Position numbers and translations under genes: made by a program. 64,000 bases of DNA, from assembly GCF_030028105.1 (NCBI RefSeq), contig NC_092398.1, forward strand, positions 25,683,649 through 25,747,648, read 5' to 3'. The notes under the pieces were generated by a model. The model was not told where the DNA came from. It did no database searches and saw nothing but the letters and a program-made list of their open reading frames with translations. Shown in pieces: positions 25,576-38,388 of this stretch (position 1 is its first letter; each line of letters begins with the position of its first letter). This DNA comes from Mobula birostris (lineage: Eukaryota).

Positions 25576-28500
25576 GGGAGTTCCTCGTGGACAGACTTCC
25601 GACCGATATCCCCTGACTACAGACACAGTGGACAGTCGGATGCAATTGTGGTCAGCAGATGAGGGGCTTTTCTACTCTCTTATTTTAATCTCTCAGAACA
25701 TAGAACATAGACAATTCGGCCGACAGTGTACCGTATCAAATCAATCAGTCGCTAAATTGCCAATTAACCTAATTCCCTCTGCCTAAACAATGTCGATACC
25801 CTCCCATTATGCTCATTCTACCTATCTAAACATCTCTTAAAGGTCTCTAACCTATCTACACTCAGCACCATTCCAGGAAGCGCATACCAGGTACACAGCA
25901 CTGTCAGTGTAAATAGCCTGGACGAATTACCGGGGGATGGAGGGGCACAGTAACCGGGTCTCTGGCACTGAGTCTGGAGCTGTACTCAGCAGAGCAGAGA
26001 GGTGAAGACGACTGCAGTGTTGACAGTCAAAGAAACGGAGATGATGTTCTGTGGGCGCGGTAATGACACCAGAATGGTACGTGGCCTCCCTGATGCCAGG
26101 ATCAGTGATGTCTCTGAACGGATCCATGGCATTCCTCAAGGCGAGGGTGAACAGTCAGAAGTCTTAGTATGCATTGGCACCAATGAACTAGAGACACAAA
26201 GTGAGGAAGACCTGAAGAGATTTTAGGGAGCTCGGTAGAAAGCTGAGAATCAAGACGACCGGGGTACTAATCGATGGACTACTGCCTGTGCCATTTGACA
26301 GTGATCGTAAGCATTGGAAGAATTGCCAGGTAAATGAGTGGCTGATGAGCTGTTGTAGAGGGCAGGCAGGGGGTCAGATTTAGAGAATACCAGGGTCTCC
26401 TCTGGGAAAGCTATGGCCTGCACAAATTGGACGGATTACACCTGCACGCGAGGAGGTCCAATATCCTTGTGGGCGGGTTCGCTGAAGTTGTTCGGGAATG
26501 TTTTTTTCGTACGGAGGTGAGAACAAAAGAGATCGTGCTGAATAGGAAGCAGTTGGTCTACAAACAGAGACAATGCGTAGTGAGACTCCTAGCAAGGAAA
26601 GGCTAATGACAGGAAAAATTGCAGTCAACAGGATGAGTCGCAAAGTAAAAGGCGGACAAAATCGAAAAGGCCGACCAGAGGACTGAGGGTGTTGCACTTT
26701 AATTCACACAGCATACGGCAGCAGAGAGATCAACTTGTATTGTAGCAAAGTTACAGATTTTCATGGATGATGGAGAGGGCATTCCTGAATCGTGGCTGAA
26801 TGAAGATTGTAGCTGGGAGCTTAATGTCAAGGGATGCACAATGTATGAAAGGTCAGGCAGGAAAGCAGAGGGGAGGCGTTACTCCGTTGTTTAAAAAAAA
26901 ACACAAATGAAATGAAATCATTTCGGTTAGAACTAAGGAAATGCAAGTGCAAGAAGTCCTGGTTGAAGTTATTGTGGAATTGAATAAAAAGCTTAAGGGA
27001 AAAGACCCCAAATGGGAAGAGATCATAATATAAACGAATTTACTCTGACAAGGAGAAGCTAAACGCTCATATATTAGTTTTACAGCAGAGTAAAGGGAAT
27101 TAGAGTCACGACAGATGAGTTGGCCAGAATTGCTTGGAAAAGAACACTGGCAGGGATGATGGCAGAACAGCAATGGCTGGAATTTCTGGAGCGATTTGGA
27201 AGGCAACACATATATAGATCCCAAACAGGATGAAGTATTCTAAAGGCAAAGTGAAACAATCATGGCCAAGATGAGGAGTTAAAACCAACATAAACCCAAA
27301 CATTACAGCAAGAATCGCTAGATATCTAGGGGATTAACAAGCTTTTAAAAGCTCCAGATGGAATAGGAAGGTAAGCTAGCTAATAATATTAAAGAGGATA
27401 ATAAATGTTTCTTTAGAAACGTAAAGTGATAAAGAGAAGCGAGAGAGGCAATATGGACGGCTGTAAAAAGGTGCTGCAGAGATACTAATGGGGGACACGG
27501 AAACGGTGGACCACCTGATTAACTACTTTACATCAGTGTTCATTGTGGGAGACACCAGCATGAAGTCTGTGAATTCACTATTCCTAGGGAGAAAGTTTTG
27601 GGGAACCTCAAAGGTCTGAACGTAGATAGATCACATGGACCAGAGGGGGTTAATTTCAGAAATTAACCACGTGGCCTCTTTATCTTCTTTACTTCTCAAA
27701 AAAAAAAGGAAATGTTTTGTTCTTCACTGCTGTCCAAGTAAAGTATTATCTCCTGATTTCAGCATCTCAGCTTCCTCATATTGAGCTTCTTGGAACTTCA
27801 AACCCAGAGAGTCTCTACTGAGGTGGTAACTCATCTCTTCCGCTCAGTCGGGATTAAGACCCTACCTTTGCTAAATCAGCATCCAAATTCCGCACAAGAC
27901 TCAACTCCTCAATATATCTCGAGCACCCGAAGAAACCCACCGTCGAATTTAACGTCTGAGTGCAAGTATACAAAACTAGCTGAGGACCGGGACACAGCCG
28001 GAGACTCCAGGGAAAGGTGAGATGCATTTCCACCGGGTTTATATTAATTTGGTAATGCGGCGTCTGATCAGAGATCATCAGCGTGGCTGTGCTGCGGAAG
28101 AAACCTTGTCCTCCTGCTTTCGGGAGGTTTTTCAGGGGATAATTCAGTTAGCCAGTGAAGGCAGGACAGTGGGTTTCTCAACATGCAGTTCAATGAGGAG
28201 AACGTTAGAGATTACAGAGGTTGGGCTTGTTGTCCATGGGGTCGAAGAACGCTGACGGATGACCTGACAAAATAAATTCAGATAACAGATACAGACACAG
28301 TGTCGACAGAATCGCTTTCCCGTGGTTGGAGCTAAATTGAGAGAAAGGCTTATATTTATCTTGAGGAAAGGAGATTTAAGTCGAATATAAGGGATAGTTT
28401 TTTTTTAAAGTTTGTTTGAATTCTCAATTCGATTTCGAGATACAGCAGGTTAACAAGCCCTTCCGGCCCTACGAGACCGCCCCGCCCAATTTCACCCATG

Positions 28501-30875
28501 TGATCAATTAACCTATTAGTGTCTCCAGCCTTCTGGGCTTGAAAGGCTTATCATGTGAGGAAGGTGTTTTGGTCCTGGGCTTCTACTCACTGGAATTCAG
28601 AAGAATGAAAGGGGACTTCGTTGAAACCTGTGGAATGTTGAAAGGCCTCGACACAGTCGATGTGGAGTAGATGTTTCCTATGTTGTGGGAGGCTAAGAGC
28701 AGCCGACACAGTCTCAGAAGGGAGGCCCGTCCTTTTAGAAAGAAGATTCTGATTAATTTATGAAGCCAGAGAGTGGTGAATCTGTGAAATTCATTGCCAC
28801 GGGGAGGTGCATGTTTCTGTATTTTTAAGACAGAGGTGATAGATTCTTGATTGGTCAGGACATGCTCGGAAACAGGGGGAAGGCAGGAGGTTGAGGCTGA
28901 AAAGGAGTATGGCGGAGCAGACTCGATGGGCCAAATGGTCTAATTCTGCTCCTATATCCGATGGACTTATCATCTTATATATGAGGAAACTGGAGCACCC
29001 AGAGAAACTCGCGATACCGGGGACAGATTCTAAACTGTCTCCAGAGAGCGGCGGGAGTTCAACCCGGTTCGTTGGCGCTGCAGCAGAGTTGTGCGAATCA
29101 CAGCGCTACCATGCCGTCCAAGATGAATTGACACATTGAACGTGGCTGCCGGAGGAGGTGACAGACATCATATGCATTCAGTACGTTTAAGAGATACTTA
29201 GGCAGGCACGTCAACAGATGAGACATACGCGGTCACGGTTCCAAAGGGTTGCAAGATGGATTGGTGTAAATGGGGAAATGGTAGGCATGGCCTGCTAGAC
29301 CAAGGACCTGTTTCTGTAGTGTACTTGTAGCAATAGTAATAGTAGTAATATTAGTAGTGCTAGTGATGGTCGTAATGGTGGTAGTGGTAGAAGTAGTTTA
29401 CAAGGTGATGAGCGGCAGATACGGAGTAGGCAGACGGTATCTGTTTCGCCAGTGTTGAAATGGCCAGTACCAGAGGGTGTGCCTTTAGGGTGAGTGGGGG
29501 TAAGATGAAAGGAGATGTGAAGGGTAAGTTACGTTTTCACAGAGAGCGGTGGGGGCCTGGAATACGCTGAAAGAGTGGTGGTGGAGGCAGATACATTGAG
29601 ACTGTTCAGAGCCGCTGGGATGGGAAAATGAATGTGAAGGAAATGGACATTTTATCAGCAGTCGCGATTAGTTACGTTGGCCGTCTGAATACTAATTTAG
29701 TTGGCTCGGTACAATATTGTGGACTATTCCTGTGCTGGGTGCTTCTGTGCTCTTTCAGGACTCTGCAAAGCGTCCTGGCCACATTTCTGTAGTGAGGGTG
29801 ACTTCGACTTTTGCACAGTATTGTATTTGTCAACGGAGACCGGAGAGCGTCGGGCGGAAGCAAAGGATGATGGGAATGGCGAAGGTGAAGCGGCTCGGGA
29901 GGGATGAGGGACAGGTACCAGAGAAGGAGGGCCAGGGACGGTGCTGGAGGCGGTTGCTGGCTCGGATGCAGACACGCGCGGACCTGAGACACCAGGGAAG
30001 GTCATTTGATTCAAAACAATTAGTTTATTGATTATTACAGAATGACCCTCTGGTGCTTCCCGCTTCCTCCCATCTCGTTTCCCCTTTCCCCAATAATAAT
30101 TCCCTTCTCCCAGCCCCCTTACCACTCTCAGTCCACAACAAAGACCCATGTCAGAATCAGGTTTAACGTCACTCACATATGTCATGAAATTTGTTTCTCT
30201 TTTGCTGACAGTGCAATGCATCAAATTAATAAAGAACTTTTTAGTAAGAGTAACCGGCCCAACGAGCCGCACTGCCCATCAACCTACCTGGTTAACCACA
30301 GGAAAGTTCACAAAGGTCAATTAACCTAAGTACCAGAACGTTTTTGGAATGTGGGAGAAAAGCAGAGTACCCACGGTAATCCCCCACGGTCACGGGAGTG
30401 AGTATTAGTGGTGGTAGTTGCTTGATCGCTCGAGTCCAGTATGATGTTCTTCTAAGGGATTGTCATCCGCGGGTCCTCGGCTGGTTGTAGAGGCCGATCC
30501 AGGATCCACATAACGGCAGTGTTCGGGGGCATTCCCTTAGTGGAGATCGGCTGTGCGTGACTTTGTCTAACGTGGGGAAGCAAATACACGCGACAGACAT
30601 CACATGGTCGTTGACAGGTCGAGGACATGCCGGGGTGACGGTGCGGTTAGGGTCCAGTGGCTTGGAATGCAAGACGACTGTGGTCTCTGCGCTGAAGCAG
30701 ACATCCGCCGCCTTGACAGCCGTTGTGGTGTGTCAGGTTTCTGCTCCGTATTACACCGCATGTCAACTCGCCTTCCTCTCTTTCCCTCTTCGCTCTCGCC
30801 TCTCCTCCTGAATTCGCCGCCTCTCCATTCTGCACCGCTCTCACTTCCACAATATCTCCCCCACCAGATCCGACA

Positions 30876-31832
30876 ATGTCGTTCTCCGAAGGAGTATCCA
30901 GTTCGACACTCGCTGGGAATATCTCCTCCCACAATTCCACGGCCGATGGAAACAGAATGGAGTGGGGAACACCTTTCGTCATATCAATGGTCATCTTCAC
31001 CCTCACCTTCCTACTGGGCGTCCCGGGCAACGGCGCAGTCATCTGGGTGACCGGCTTCAAGATGAAGAGTAAGATCCACACGGTGTGTTTCCTGAACCTG
31101 GCTCTGGCTGACCTAATCTATTGCCTGACCCTTCCCTTCCGCATGTCCAACACCTCCCTGAGCTACTCTGGGCACGAAGCCTACTTCTCCTGGAAGTTTC
31201 TTCGAACCTTGATATTCCTCAACGCCGCCGCCAGCATATATCTGTTATCTCTGATCAGCATCTGCCGCTGCCTGGCTATTACTCGGCCCACTTGGTTGCA
31301 GCAACATCTGATCCTCACATGGGTTCGTGCAGCCTGCTTCGGAGTCTGGATCCTAGCCTTCGTCATGTGCCTGCCCTTCCTCCTGCTTCGGGATTTGGAA
31401 AAGGAAATGGCCGTGTTGAATCGATTTTGGTTTGTTTTCATCTTCTGCCTCCCCTTTGTAATTATGATCACCTGCTACTCCCTGGTTGGCTGGAGGCTGA
31501 GAGGGAACAGGTTCGTCAAATCTAAGAAACCTGTACACCTCATCATCACCGTTGTCGTCACCTTTATGATCTGTTGGATCCCCAAAGTTGTCTGCGACCT
31601 CGTATCAACCTTCTCCACACCGATTCCCGGGGACTGGTCGTTATTCACTGCAGCCCTGGCCTCCTTCAACAGCGCCCTCAACCCCCTTCTCTATGTCTTC
31701 GCTGGTCGCGAATTCCGCCAGGTCCTCAGGCGCTGCCTTCTCGCCTCGCTCCGTCTGGCCTTAGCCGAGCAGAGGCTAGAATTGGAGATCCTTACCCAGA
31801 CCCGCAAACTCACCCCAAATGCAAATTTCTGA
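30876..31832 (+). CDS. Chemoattractant-type class A GPCR copy 3, 318 aa
   Basis: Intact paralog; LGVPGNGAVIWV TM1, LNLALADL TM2, CWIP TM6, NPLLY TM7; same acceptor/ATG context. Confidence 0.92.
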   Translation: MSFSEGVSSSTLAGNISSHNSTADGNRMEWGTPFVISMVIFTLTFLLGVPGNGAVIWVTGFKMKSKIHTVCFLNLALADLIYCLTLPFRMSNTSLSYSGHEAYFSWKFLRTLIFLNAAASIYLLSLISICRCLAITRPTWLQQHLILTWVRAACFGVWILAFVMCLPFLLLRDLEKEMAVLNRFWFVFIFCLPFVIMITCYSLVGWRLRGNRFVKSKKPVHLIITVVVTFMICWIPKVVCDLVSTFSTPIPGDWSLFTAALASFNSALNPLLYVFAGREFRQVLRRCLLASLRLALAEQRLELEILTQTRKLTPNANF

Positions 31833-32381
31833 GGGAGTTCCTCGTGGCTAGACATCCGACCGATATCCCCTGACTACAGACACAGTGGGCAGTCGGATGC
31901 AATTGTAGTCAGCAGTGAAGGCTTTCCTACACTGTTATTTTAAGCTCTCAGAACATAGAACATAGACCATTCAGCCTACAAGGTGCCGTATCAATTTAAT
32001 TGGTCCATAAATAGCCAATTAACCTAATCCCCTCCGCCTGCACAATGGCGATATCCTTCCTTAATGCTCATTCTACCTATTTACACATCTCTTAAAGGTC
32101 TCTAACCTATCTACTCTCACCACCATTTCAGGCAGCGCATACCAGGTACACGGCACTGTCTGTGTAAACAACCTGGCCCTCGTATCTCCTTCGGAATGAC
32201 GCCCTCTGACTTTAAGTGCACGTCTTCTAGTGTTGGACGTTTCAACCCTGGGAAACACACTGAATATCCGTGCCTTTCATGATCTTCTAAACCTCACCCC
32301 CCACCCCAGTGAAAATAACCCAAGTATTTTCAACCTCTCGTAGTAGAGGATGCTCTCCAATCCAGGCAGCTTCCTGGTAAA

Positions 32382-34767
32382 TACATAGAGGTACATAGAG
32401 CAATACATAGAGGTATCAACTAGAGAAGGGGCAGTGTTGGATCTCCTGTTAGGGAATGAGATAGGGCAGGTGACGGAGGTATACATTGGGGAGCACTTCG
32501 GGTCCATTGATCACTATACCATTAGTTTCAATATAATTATGGAGAAGGATAGGATTGGACCCAGGGTTGAGATTTTTGATTGGAGAAAGGCTAACTTTGA
32601 GGAGATGCGAAAGGATTTAGAAGGAGTGGATTGGGACAATTTTTTTTTAATGGGAAGGATGTAATAGAGAAATATGTGTCATTTAAAGGTGAAATTTTGA
32701 GGGTACAGTATCTTTGTGTTCCTGTTAGGTTGAAAGGAAAGGTTAAAAGTTTGAGAAAGCCATGGTTTTCAAGGGATATTGGAAACTTGGTTCGGAAAAA
32801 GAGAGGGATCTACAATAAATATCGGCAGCTTGGAGTAAATGAGGTGCTCGAGGAATATAAAAATGTAAAAAGAATCTTAAGAAAGAAATTAGAAAAGCTA
32901 AAAGAAGATACGAGGCTGCTTTGGAAAGTAAGGTGAAAATAAATCCAAAGGTTTTCTACAGTTACATTAATAGCAGAAGGATAGTGAGGGATAAAATTGG
33001 TCCCTTAGAGAATCAGAGTGGATGGCTATGCGCGGAGCCAAAAGAGATGGGGGAGATTTTGAACAATTTCTCGTCGTCGGTATTCACTAAGGAGAAGGAT
33101 TTTGAATTGTGTAAGGTAAAGGAAACAAGAAGGGTAGTTATGGAAAGTATGATGATTAAAGAAGAGGAGGTACTGGCACTTTTAAGGAATATAAAAGTGG
33201 ATAAATCTTCGGGTCCGGACAAGATATTCCCTAGGACCTTGAGGGAAGTTAGTGTGGAAATAGCAGGGGCTCTGACAGAGATATTTCAAATGTCATTAGA
33301 AACGGGGATGGTGCCGGAGGATTGGCGTATTGCTCATGTGGTTCCATTGTTTAAAAAGGGTTCTAAGGGTAAACTAGCAATTATTGGCCTGTTGGTTTGA
33401 CGTCAGTGGTGGGTAAATTGAAGGAAAATATCCTTAGAGATGGTATATATAATTATCTGGATAGACAGGGTCTGATTAGGAACAGTCAACATGGATTTAT
33501 GCATGGAAGGTCATGTTTGACAAATCTTATTGAATTTTTTGATGAGGTTACTAGGAAAGTTGACGAAGGTAAAGCGGTGGATGTTGTCTATATGGACTTC
33601 AGTAAGGCCTTTGACAAGGTTCCACACGGAAGGTTAGTTAGGAAGGTTAAATCGTTAGGCATTAATATCGAAGCAGTAAAATGGATTCAGCAGTGGATGG
33701 ATGGGAGACGCCAGAGAGTAGTGGTGTAATAACTGTTTGTCAGATTGGAGGCCGGTGACTAGTGGTGTGCCTCAGGGATCTGTACTGGGTCCAATGGTGT
33801 TTGTCATATATATTAATAATCTGGATGTTGGGGTGGTAAATTGGATTAGTAAGTATGCAGATGATACGAAGATAGGTGGCGTTGTGGATAATGAAGTAGG
33901 TTTTCAAAACTTCCAGAGAGATTTAGGCCAGTTAGAAGAGTGGGCTGAAAGAGTGGGCAGATGGAGTTTAATGCTGAAAAAATGTGAGGTGCTACATCTT
34001 GGTAGGACTAATCAAAATAGGACATACATGGTAAATGGTAGGGCGTTGAAGAATGCAGTAGAACAGAGGGATCTAGGAATAATGGTGCATAATTCCCTAA
34101 AGATGGAATCTCATGTGGATAGGGTGGTGAAGAAATCTTTTGGTATACTGGCTTTTATAAATCAGAGCATTGAGCATAGGAGTTGGGATGTAATGTTGAA
34201 ATTGTATAAGGCATTGGTAAGGCCAGATTTGGAGTATTGTGTACAGTTCTGGTCACCGAATTATAGGAAAGGTATCAATAAAATTGAGAGAGTACAGAGG
34301 AGATTTACTAAAATGTTGTCCGGGTTTCATCTCCTAAGTTACAGAGAAAGGTCGAACAAGTTAGGTCTTTATTCTTTGGAGCGTAGAAGGTTGAGGGGGG
34401 ACTTGATAGAGGTATTTAAAATTATGAGGGGGATAGATAGAGTTGACGTGGATAGGCTTTTTCCATTGAGAGTGGGGGAGATTCAAACAAGAGGACATGA
34501 GTGGAGAGTTAAAGAGCAAAAGTTTAGGGGTAACATGAGCGGAACTTCTTTACTCAGAGAGTGGTAGCTGTGTGGAACGAGCTTCCAGCAGAAGTCGTTG
34601 ATGTTGTCATTTAAAGTTAACTTGGATAGCTATATGGACAAGAAAGGAATAGAGGGTTATGGGTTGAGTGCAGGTCGGTGGGACTAGGTGAAAGTAAGAG
34701 TTTGGCACAGACTAGAAGGGCCGAGATGGCCTGTTTCCGTGTTGTAATTGTTATATGGTTATATATG
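32382..34767 (+). mobile_element. CR1 LINE ORF2 (5'-truncated, frameshifted), private to unit D
   Basis: Successive ORFs 32434-34567 with PEDWRIAHVVPLFKKG, SQHGF..SCLTNL, GVPQGSVLGP, KYADD; TTATATGG-type tail; empty site seen at ~9790 and ~23312. Confidence 0.93.
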
Positions 34768-35555
34768 AACCTCCTCAGCACCCTCTGCAAAGCCTCGACA
34801 TCTTTCCTGCAATGGGCGACCAGAACTGTATACACCTCTTTCACCAAGTAGTCTCCATGTTCCTGTGACCTCTCTCCTTACAAGTCATTTTCACCCACAG
34901 AACAGGACTTTTTTTTCACACCCTTCTCTGTAAACTCTACAGAAATCAGCAGTTTCTGAAATACTCAAAACAATCTGTCTGGCGTGAACTATCATCCACC
35001 ATCAAAGTCACTTAGATCACATTCCTTCCCCATTCTGATGTTTGGTCTGAACAACGAGCAGGTATTCAGGTGTACCTTATGAAGTGCCTAATGAAATGTC
35101 AAGCTTCTAAATACCAAAATAATACTATAAAGAGCAGTAAATACTAAAAAAAAACAAAATCAGATCAACACTTGGTTTTACCACCCTCTGCCTTTAAAGC
35201 TCCATCACTTCTCTTACTTCCACTGTCGCGTAGTTTTATACGAGAATCGGCTGGTAGGTTGTCCCAAGCATCCTGGAGAACTTGCCACGGTCCTTCAGCA
35301 CACCTTGGCTCTCTCGCTTGCTCCTGTTTCTCCAGGTGATCCTAGACAGCCTCGATGATGTTATGGTCAGGTCCCTCTGGAGACCATGCCTCTTAAAACC
35401 ACACATAAAAATATCTAGCGTGCCGAGGATATTGGCACAGTATTAGCTGGATCCTTTGATAGACATCTTCACGGTGCACAGCTCAACCAAACCCATGTGT
35501 CGTTTACAAACCTGATAACCCACCTATTTGCATATCCATCCACGTTATTGATATA

Positions 35556-36170
35556 CAGTGGGATGCAAAAGTTTGGGCACCCCTGGTCAAAATTTATGTT
35601 ACTGTGAATAGCTAAGCGAGTAAAAGATTAACTGATTTCCAAAAGGCATAAAGTTAAAGACGACACATTTCTTTTAAATTTTCAGCAAGATTGCTTTTTT
35701 TCGTTTCCATCCTTTACAGTTTCAAAATAACAAAAAAGGAAAAGGGCCCGAAACAAAAGTTTGGGCACCCTGCATGGCAGTAACACTTGAGTTTTAGTCT
35801 ATTATAAACCAAATCCGCCTGTACATACACAGGTATACCTCATTGTATATAGTTCATGATTATTTGCACTATTGTTTTGTTTGCTTTTTGATTCTGTACA
35901 GCGAGAGCTCAGGGAAACCGGCATCAAATTCCCTGTATGTGTCCACATACTTGGCGACAATAAAGGATTCTGATTCTGATTTGGCAAGTATCACAACTTG
36001 TAAACGCTTTCTATAGCCAGCTAAGAGTCTTTCGATTCTTGTTTGGGGGATTTTCGTCCATTCTTTCTTGCAAAAGGCTTCTAGTTCTGTGAGATTCTTG
36101 GGCCATCTTGCATGCACTGCTCTTTTGAGGTCTATCCACAGATTTTCGATGATGTTTAGGTTGGGGACTG
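35556..36170 (-). mobile_element. Tc1-like transposon end with IR/DR-type terminal repeat and transposase C-terminus, interrupted by a LINE 3' tail (~35790-35981)
   Basis: TA|CAGTGGGATGCAAAAGTTTGGGCACCC with the direct repeat CAAAAGTTTGGGCACCC again at 35754-35770; PNLNIIENLWIDLKRAVHAR..KKEWTKIP..YRKRLQVVILAK; AATAAAGG(ATTCTG)n tail inside. Confidence 0.85.
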
Positions 36171-36335
36171 TCAGTTCATTCTTTATTTGCCTTTGAAACA
36201 GCAATACCTGTGAATCTTAAGCTTTTAGCAGTTTTAATAAAAGGTCCGTGGACATATTTTGAAGAAAATTCGTGTTTATGCTCCTTTAGAATGTATCGAT
36301 ATAGAGTGCATGTACCATATACTGTAAAAAGTTCT

Positions 36336-37472
36336 TAGAAACATAGAAAACCTACAGCACAATACAGGCCCTTCGGCCCACAAAGTTGTGCTGAGCACAT
36401 CCCTATCAGAAATTACTAGGGTGACCCATAGCCCTCATTTTTCTAAGCTCCATGTACCTATCCAAAAGTCTCTTAAAAGACCCTATCCTTTCCGCCTCCA
36501 CCACCGTTGCCGGCAGCCCATTCCACACACTCGCCACTCTCTGCGTAAAAAAACTTACCTCTGACATCTCCTCTGTACCTACTCCCAAGCACCTTAAAAC
36601 TGTGTCCTCTTGTAGCAGCCATTTCAGCCCTGGGGAAAAGCCTCTGACTATCCACACAATCAATGCCTCTCATCATCTTATACACCTCTATCAGGTCACC
36701 TCTCATCCTGCATCGCTCCAAGAAGAAAAGGCCGAGTTCACTCAACCTGTTTTCATCAGGCATGCTCCCCAATCCAGGCAACATCCTTGTAAATCTCCTC
36801 TGCGCCCTTTCTATGGTTTCTACATCCTTCCTGTAGTGAGGTGACCAGAACTGAGCACAGTACTCCAAGTGGGGTCTGACCAGGGTCCTATATAGCTGCA
36901 ACATTACCTCTCGGCTGCTAAATTCAACCCCATGATTGATGAAGGCCAATGCATCATATGTTTTCTTATGTTTTCTTAAACACAGGGTCAACCTGCGCAG
37001 CTGCTTTGAGTGTCCTGTGGACTCGGACCCCAAGATCCCTCTGATCTTCCACACTGCCAAGAGCTTTGTCATTAACACTATATTCTGCCATCATATTTGA
37101 CCTACCAAAATGAACCACTTCACGCTTATCTTCGTTGAACGCCATCTGCCACTTCTCAGCCCAGTTTTGCATCCTATCAATGTCCCGCTGTAACCTCTGA
37201 CAGCTCTCCACACTATCCACAACACCCCACCCTTTGTGTCATCAGCAAACTTACTAACCCATCCCTCCACTTCCTCATCCAGGTCCATTTATAAAAATCA
37301 CGAAGAGTAAGGGTCCCAGAACAGATCCCTGAGGCACACTACTGGTCGCCGACCTCCATGCAGAATATGACCTGTCTACAACCACACTTTGCCTACCGTG
37401 GGCAAGCCAGTTCTGGATCCACAAAGCAATGTCCCCTTGGATCCCATGCCTCCTGACTTTCTCAATAAGCCT
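36336..37472 (-). mobile_element. CR1 LINE 3' portion (frameshifted), private to unit D
   Basis: SVPQGSVLGPLLFVIFIN, SKFADD, LVRPHLEYCAQFWSP; TTTCTATG-type tail at 36336-36350. Confidence 0.92.
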
Positions 37473-38067
37473 TACTTCTGTCTGTAGTAAAACCAGAAGG
37501 GCCAGCATTGTAGGGGGCTGATTGACTAAGACAACCATTTTGGAGATCAATCAATTGGCGTGCCACATTCCCATCAACTAAAAGTGAATTACTGTACGAT
37601 GCCACAGCAGCGTGCGGGGATGGCATAGAGAAACGCAAACATGTCAACGGTAAAATATTGTTACATGAAAATGCCATGCCCAAGTTTTACAAATCCCATC
37701 TGGTTCCTTAAACTATCCATGACAAAGTAGCCAGTGGGCTCGATCATTTCGAGGCTGAAGACATTCGACTAAGGTTGAGTGGAGCCTGTGAGCAACACCA
37801 GCGGTCCCGAGAGTCAAGAGATTTGAGCCTGCCAGGATCTGTGGTGATTTGAAGACCAGGTGACCATAAGGCATAGGAGCAGAATTAGCTCACTTGGCCC
37901 GTCAACTCTGCTCCACTATTCAATCATGCTGATCCCTTTTTCCCCTCCTCGGCCCCTCTCCCCAGCCTCCTCCCCATAACCTTTGATGCCGTGTCCAATC
38001 AAGAACCTAGCAAGTTCCACCTTAAATGCACCCAACGACCTGGCCTCCACAGCTGCCTGTGGTAATA

Positions 38068-38388
38068 CAAGGGGTGATTGAGAGGTTCGTGGCCTAAGGC
38101 AGAAGGAGTCAATTTTAGAAAACCTAACACATTTATTTTTCAACATAGTCCCCTCCTACATTTACACACTTAGTCCAGCGGTCGTGGAGCATACGGATCT
38201 TGGACCTCCAGAAAGTGCCCACAGCAGGGGTGATTGATAAGTTCGTGCCCTAACGTAGGAGGAGGTGAGTTCTACATCTCTCGTTACATGCACATGCAGT
38301 TCAACTCTTTCAGTGATTATGCAGAAAGTTTGAAGTTAATAACTCATCTCCTTCTACCTTAGGCCACCAACCTTTCAATCAGCCCTTG
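38068..38388. mobile_element. Mariner-derived MITE with ~41-bp TIRs flanked by TA
   Basis: CAAGGGGTGATTGAGAGGTTCGTGGCCTAAGGCAGAAGGAG ... CTCCTTCTACCTTAGGCCACCAACCTTTCAATCAGCCCTTG; internal piece encodes mariner C-terminus IRMLHDRWTKCVNVGGDYVEK*; partial second copy at ~38600-38773. Confidence 0.85.
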
